In this document: piece after piece, positions 59,628 through 64,000 of the stretch
Numbering within the stretch: the stretch's first letter is position 1
Layout: the number at the start of each line of letters is the position of its first letter
DNA from: an uncultured Ignavibacteria bacterium
Lineage (GTDB): Bacteria; Bacteroidota; Ignavibacteria; Kapaibacteriales; UBA2268
Direction of reading: 5' to 3'
NCBI GenBank assembly: GCA_937127445.1
Contig: CAKZLY010000030.1
Span: 74,023-138,022, forward strand
DNA: 64,000 bases
Notes under the pieces: generated by a model
Database searches by the model: none
Seen by the model: the letters and a program-made list of their open reading frames with translations, nothing else
What the model was told of the DNA's origin: nothing
Position numbers and translations under genes: made by a program

Positions 59628-59762
59628 ACTATTTAAAAGTAAAAATCTAAAAAATGAATTAACAAAAATAAAACTTTTAATCAAATAAAATGATATTTTT
59701 GCAATATAAATTTGAGCTAATTGTCAATTACTTATTTAAATCATCAAAAAGAAAGGAGTTAG

Positions 59763-61661
59763 ATGAGAAAATGGCGCGTCGAGGACTCAGCTGAGCTCTA
59801 TAACATCAACGGCTGGGGTATTGATTATTTTTCGATTAACGACAAGGGGCATGTAGTGGTCCGCCCAAAGAAAAACGGTGCCGAAATAGATTTGAAAGAA
59901 TTAATTGATGAACTGCAATTGCGAGATGTTTCGACGCCGGTATTATTGCGATTTCCAGATATTCTGGATAATCGCATCGAGACAATTGCAAATTGTTTCA
60001 AGTTGGCAACCGAAGAATATCAATTTAAAGGGAATTCGTTTATAATTTATCCGATAAAAGTCAATCAGATGAGACCGGTTGTCGAAGAAATTGTGTCTTA
60101 TGGAAAAAAATTCAATATTGGATTGGAAGCTGGTTCGAAACCTGAGTTGCACGCCGTTTTAGCGATAAATACCGAAGATGATGACTCGTTAATAATATGT
60201 AATGGATACAAAGACGAAGATTTTATAGAGCTTGCTTTGCTTGCACAAAAAATGGGCAAAAAAGTTTATATAGTAGTTGAGAAATTGAATGAATTGCGAC
60301 TGATCATTAATATATCAAAACGATTAAAGATAAAGCCAAATATAGGGATAAGAATAAAACTATCAAGTAGTGGTAGTGGTAAATGGGAAGATTCAGGTGG
60401 GGACCGCAGCAAGTTTGGACTAACTTCATCTGAGTTGCTTGAAGCGATTGAACTTTTGGAAAAACATAAGCTGAAAGATCAAGTAAAGCTCATACATTTT
60501 CATTTAGGCAGCCAAATAACAAAAATTCGCAAGATTAAAACGGCCCTAAAAGAAGCAGCACAATTTTACGTTGAAATGTTGAAATTAGGTTGTTCGGTTG
60601 AATTTGTTGATATTGGTGGTGGGCTTGGTGTAGATTATGACGGGACACGCTCTTCAACTTCTGGTTCGTCGGTTAATTATACCATACAGGAATATGTAAA
60701 TGATGCTGTCTCTACTTTGGTTGATGTATGCGAAAAGAATGAGCTATCGCACCCAAATATAATAATTGAATCAGGGCGTTCACTGACGGCACACCATTCT
60801 ATACTTGTTTTCGATGTTCTTGAAAGTACGTCTATGCCAACCTGGGATCCTGAAACAATGGAAGTATCTGAGGATGACCACGAATTAGTGCAAGAGCTTC
60901 ATAATATTTACGAGAACATAAATCAGGCAAAGATGCTCGAAGGATGGCACGATGCGCAGCAAATTCGTGAAGAATCACTTGATTTATTCAGTTTAGGGTT
61001 GCTTGATTTACGCACGCGAGCCTTAATTGAGCGTCTGTTCTGGTCGATTGCAAAAGAATGCCACAGGATTAGTACTGAAATCAAGCATCCACCTGAGGAA
61101 ATACGAATGCTTGCAAAGATGCTTGCAGATAAATACTTCTGTAATTTTTCATTATTTCAGTCTTTGCCAGATTCCTGGGCAATTGATCAAGTGTTCCCGA
61201 TTATGCCAATCCATAGACTTGGTGAGAAACCTGATAGAATTGCAACACTTCAAGATATTACTTGCGATTCAGATGGGAAAATTGACAGGTTTATCTCTAC
61301 GACCAACTATTCATACTACATGCATTTACACGATTTTAATCCAAATGAACCTTACTACATTGGTGTTTTTCTTGTTGGAGCATATCAAGAAATATTGGGT
61401 GATTTGCATAATTTGTTTGGTGATACAAATGCAGTGCATATTATACTTGACGATGATGGCTATCAAATCAAGCAAGTAATTGACGGTGAAACAGTTGCAG
61501 AAGTGCTTGACTACGTTGGCTACAATGCTAAAAAGTTAGTTCGCACAGTTGAAACATGGGTAACAGGGGCAGTGAAATCGGGTAAAATCACAACTGAAGA
61601 AGGCAAAGAGTTCCTTTCGAACTATCGTTCGGGATTATATGGGTATACATATTTAGAATAA
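59763..61661 (+). CDS. speA: Biosynthetic arginine decarboxylase
   Basis: MRKWRVEDSAELYNINGWG start, PLP-lysine region IYPIKVNQ, and ~632 aa, typical of SpeA. Confidence 0.9.
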   Translation: MRKWRVEDSAELYNINGWGIDYFSINDKGHVVVRPKKNGAEIDLKELIDELQLRDVSTPVLLRFPDILDNRIETIANCFKLATEEYQFKGNSFIIYPIKVNQMRPVVEEIVSYGKKFNIGLEAGSKPELHAVLAINTEDDDSLIICNGYKDEDFIELALLAQKMGKKVYIVVEKLNELRLIINISKRLKIKPNIGIRIKLSSSGSGKWEDSGGDRSKFGLTSSELLEAIELLEKHKLKDQVKLIHFHLGSQITKIRKIKTALKEAAQFYVEMLKLGCSVEFVDIGGGLGVDYDGTRSSTSGSSVNYTIQEYVNDAVSTLVDVCEKNELSHPNIIIESGRSLTAHHSILVFDVLESTSMPTWDPETMEVSEDDHELVQELHNIYENINQAKMLEGWHDAQQIREESLDLFSLGLLDLRTRALIERLFWSIAKECHRISTEIKHPPEEIRMLAKMLADKYFCNFSLFQSLPDSWAIDQVFPIMPIHRLGEKPDRIATLQDITCDSDGKIDRFISTTNYSYYMHLHDFNPNEPYYIGVFLVGAYQEILGDLHNLFGDTNAVHIILDDDGYQIKQVIDGETVAEVLDYVGYNAKKLVRTVETWVTGAVKSGKITTEEGKEFLSNYRSGLYGYTYLE

Positions 61662-61774
61662 TAAGGTTGCAATAAGTATTACTATTGAAACAATATAATT
61701 GAGCAAAGCGAAAGCAATAGATTTGCAGGTGTTTGTTTTGAGAATAATTTTTTCGTAATTTTGGGTTTAGGTTT

Positions 61775-61848
61775 GGTCCCGTAGCTCAGCAGGATAGAGC
61801 ACAAGTTTCCTAAACTTGGTGTCGCTGGTTCGAATCCAGCCGGGATCG
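61775..61848 (+). tRNA. tRNA-Arg (anticodon CCT)
   Basis: 74-nt cloverleaf: acceptor GGTCCCG/CGGGATC, D-stem GCTC/GAGC, anticodon stem CAAGT/ACTTG with loop TTCCTAA, T-arm GCTGG-TTCGAAT-CCAGC. Confidence 0.8.
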
Positions 61849-61849
61849 C

Positions 61850-62587
61850 TCAGATTAATTCTTCGATAATTTTTGGTATTTCATTCCACGAATAAACAAC
61901 TGCATCGGCAAGTGTTGGATTAGCGCTTTCGTTTGCATAGTAGCCTGTTTTATCGCCCGAAAAACGTATAGCACGCATACCGAGCTGCTTCGCACCAATA
62001 ATATCAGTTGCTTCAATATCTCCAATGTGCAAAGCTTCGGAAGAGTTGGAACCAAGTTCGACAAGCACTTTTTGATAAGCTTCGGGGTGTGGTTTCGAGA
62101 ATCCTGTTTCGTCGCTAAAGCTGAAACTATCAAAGAAATGAAGAATATTATTTTGTTCGAGCAATTTGCGAAGAACTTTGCCGGGGCTAAATCCAGTATC
62201 AGAGATTATTCCAAGTTTGTATTTGCTGGCAAGTATTGGCAAAATATCCATAACACCATCGATTAGTTTCGGCGGGTGAATAAGTACCGAATTTGCAAAA
62301 TATTCAGCTATTCTCTCTATTGCTTGTGGGTTAGTTGGTAATTCTAAATATTTCCAGAAAAAAGCAACGCTATCCTGGACAGAAGGTGTTCGCATTTCTT
62401 GACGCCAGATTTTATTAAAATATTCCCACGAAGCTCTGAGGGCTTTATCAAATTCTTCGGGAGAAAAATTGCGACCGTAGTTATTTATTTCATTCAGCAG
62501 AGTTTTTTGACGCAGAGCGTTTCTTTCGTTGCCACCAGACGAATCAAACAAAGTATTCCAAAAATCAATTGTGATAACTTTAATCAT
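61850..62587 (-). CDS. HAD-superfamily (subfamily IA) hydrolase
   Basis: Motif I IDFWNTLFD near the N-terminus and motif III/IV (HIGDIEATDIIGAKQLGM). The ATG at 62587 overlaps the accA stop by 4 nt. Confidence 0.65.
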   Translation of the reverse strand: MIKVITIDFWNTLFDSSGGNERNALRQKTLLNEINNYGRNFSPEEFDKALRASWEYFNKIWRQEMRTPSVQDSVAFFWKYLELPTNPQAIERIAEYFANSVLIHPPKLIDGVMDILPILASKYKLGIISDTGFSPGKVLRKLLEQNNILHFFDSFSFSDETGFSKPHPEAYQKVLVELGSNSSEALHIGDIEATDIIGAKQLGMRAIRFSGDKTGYYANESANPTLADAVVYSWNEIPKIIEELI

Positions 62588-63534
62588 TCGCGCCAAACTC
62601 CTTTCGCGTAGTATTTCTCACGTCTTTTTTTGAGAAGTCTTTCAATTTTTTCACGACGAATATCTTTTAATTCAGCAATAAGTTTTTTCTTAAGAATTTC
62701 GAACATCATTTTATTGTTTCGGTGGGCGCCACCAATTGGTTCTGGGACAATATCGTCAATTAAAGACAGGTCAAGAAGGTCTCGTGCAATGGGTTTCATT
62801 GCTTCAGCGGCTTGTTCTTTAAAATCGAGACTACCCCATAAAGTTTCGGCTGCTTTTTCAGGAGAAACAATTGAAAACCAAGAGTTTTCGAGCATTAGCA
62901 ACCTATCAGCAATAGCTAAGGACAAAGCTGCAATAGAAGCCCCCTCCCCTATCACAACACTTAATGTTGGAGTTCGAAGAGCAGTCATTTCAGCGAGTTG
63001 GTTTGAGATAGCATTAGCGAGTCCTGGGCTTTCGATCTCTGGATAGGGAACGTTATACGGGGCATCAACAAGAGTAATCACGGGTTTAGCAAGTCTTTCG
63101 GCAATTTTAATCAGTCGTGTTGCTTTTCTAAATCCTTCAGCTGATGGGATAGGAGCAGGTTTGTATAAGTTAGTTTTTTTGTCTTTTGTTTTTCTATTGC
63201 CGAGCACAACGACGGGTATTCCTCCAATTTTCGCGATACCGCCAATAATCGAAGTATCGTCCCCAGCCACTCTATCGCCAGATAATTCAATAAAATCAGT
63301 GAAAATATTCTTAATATAATCAACTGAGTTGGGACGCAAAGGGTGTCGAGCAATTTGTATACGTTGCCAGCGAGTAAGATTGGAGTAAATTTCCTTGCGT
63401 AGATTATCGGTTCGACGTTCAAGTTCGGCAATTTCTTTGCTCAAATCGATTGCCTTACCGAGTTCACGCATTTCTGCGATTTTTTCTTCAAGTTGCACTA
63501 TCGGCTGTTCGAAATCAAGGATTGGCTTTGTCAC
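62584..63534 (-). CDS. accA: Acetyl-CoA carboxylase carboxyltransferase subunit alpha
   Basis: GTG start. LDFEQPIVQLEEKIAEMR and the RHPLRP..VDYI blocks are typical of AccA. Confidence 0.9.
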   Translation of the reverse strand: MTKPILDFEQPIVQLEEKIAEMRELGKAIDLSKEIAELERRTDNLRKEIYSNLTRWQRIQIARHPLRPNSVDYIKNIFTDFIELSGDRVAGDDTSIIGGIAKIGGIPVVVLGNRKTKDKKTNLYKPAPIPSAEGFRKATRLIKIAERLAKPVITLVDAPYNVPYPEIESPGLANAISNQLAEMTALRTPTLSVVIGEGASIAALSLAIADRLLMLENSWFSIVSPEKAAETLWGSLDFKEQAAEAMKPIARDLLDLSLIDDIVPEPIGGAHRNNKMMFEILKKKLIAELKDIRREKIERLLKKRREKYYAKGVWRE

Positions 63535-63983
63535 TTGTTTTTCCCAAATAAATATTTGATAAAAATATCAAAATCCATTGATAATGTGTAATGACGTAAA
63601 TAATATTCGTTAAGTTTTTTTATTGCCTCAACTGATAAATTTTGAGTTTGTTCGCTAGCATTTGGTCCGATAATTCCAATTTTACCAATTGCAGGAGTAA
63701 AATCATCTGAAATTTTATGCAAACCGATAAATGAGATCTCACCTTTAAACACTCGAATTAGCATTTTCAAAAAGCGAGATGGCTCTTTTCTGAACGCTAA
63801 GATAAACGGCACCCCAAAAGACAAGAGGAAAAGAGAAATCGCAAGGTCTTCAATTCGTTTGAGAGTTTTGTTGCGAAAACGAGATAAGTTGTATGTTGGG
63901 ACGGTTGGTTCGATGTCGGCGATATCCTGAATAACAGATGCAGCAAGTAATTCATCGAACTCTTTAACCTGGTGAAAACGCAC
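63531..63983 (-). CDS. Short bacterial-sugar-transferase-like protein (WbaP/WcaJ C-domain homolog missing ~60 central residues); possibly a degenerate or minimal form
   Basis: LKRIEDLAISLFLLSFGVPFILA matches the TM start of the sugar-transferase domain. VFKGEISFIG matches VLKGDMSLVG, but the GPRP motif reads GLHK and the central GPVFF..RVG..F..KFRTM block is absent. Confidence 0.35.
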   Translation of the reverse strand: MRFHQVKEFDELLAASVIQDIADIEPTVPTYNLSRFRNKTLKRIEDLAISLFLLSFGVPFILAFRKEPSRFLKMLIRVFKGEISFIGLHKISDDFTPAIGKIGIIGPNASEQTQNLSVEAIKKLNEYYLRHYTLSMDFDIFIKYLFGKNK

Positions 63984-64000
63984 ATTTTGAGAAGAGAATT

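Noticed and set aside
1-64000. Search for CRISPR arrays, IS elements, integrases, phage genes, restriction-modification or toxin-antitoxin modules
   Set aside because: No regularly spaced direct repeats, no transposase/integrase/recombinase motifs, and no methyltransferase motifs were seen. The only tandem repeat is the (AATTT)7 microsatellite.

Overview
This is a 64-kb, low-GC (~35%) chromosomal segment, probably from an FCB-group bacterium (Ignavibacteria/Bacteroidota-like). The evidence for that placement is a clear type-IX-secretion C-terminal sorting tail on one large BNR-repeat protein, several lipoproteins and TonB-dependent/FadL-type outer-membrane proteins, and Shine-Dalgarno-like motifs before several starts; the placement itself is inference. 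The window is mostly core metabolism, not a mobile or accessory island, and I found no CRISPR array, integrase, transposase, restriction-modification gene or toxin-antitoxin pair.

Recognisable core genes:
- ispE-glgA.
- A GH57 alpha-glucan branching-enzyme-like gene.
- icd.
- purD-mazG.
- uvrB-uvrA, adjacent.
- gcvPB.
- A long co-directional minus-strand block: rnc-fabF-acpP-fabG-fabD-fabH-plsX-rpmF-yceD-like, followed by thiamine pyrophosphokinase and an orphan AddB-like PD-(D/E)XK nuclease.
- speA, accA, a PgpH-type 7TM-HD hydrolase, a NifU-like protein and a group-II PLP aromatic-amino-acid decarboxylase.
- Three tRNAs: Pro-CGG, Val-GAC and Arg-CCT.

Candidates I rank as most likely to be novel:
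1. A 1541-aa single polypeptide joining an AMP-forming acyl-CoA-synthetase-like adenylation domain, a ~750-aa uncharacterised middle module and a C-terminal GNAT acetyltransferase.
2. A two-gene operon encoding an extremely Tyr/Pro-rich lipoprotein followed by a FadL-family outer-membrane channel.
3. A three-gene operon of paralogous small secreted proteins plus an FN3 lipoprotein.
4. A GAF-containing protein with a degenerate GGDEF motif (GRLDT) and a long acidic disordered linker.
5. A secreted PTP-fold protein whose P-loop is CX5Q instead of CX5R.
6. An (AATTT)7 microsatellite that overlaps the stop codon of the yceD-like gene, just upstream of rpmF.

All calls rest on motif and family recognition by eye. 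No database search was run.
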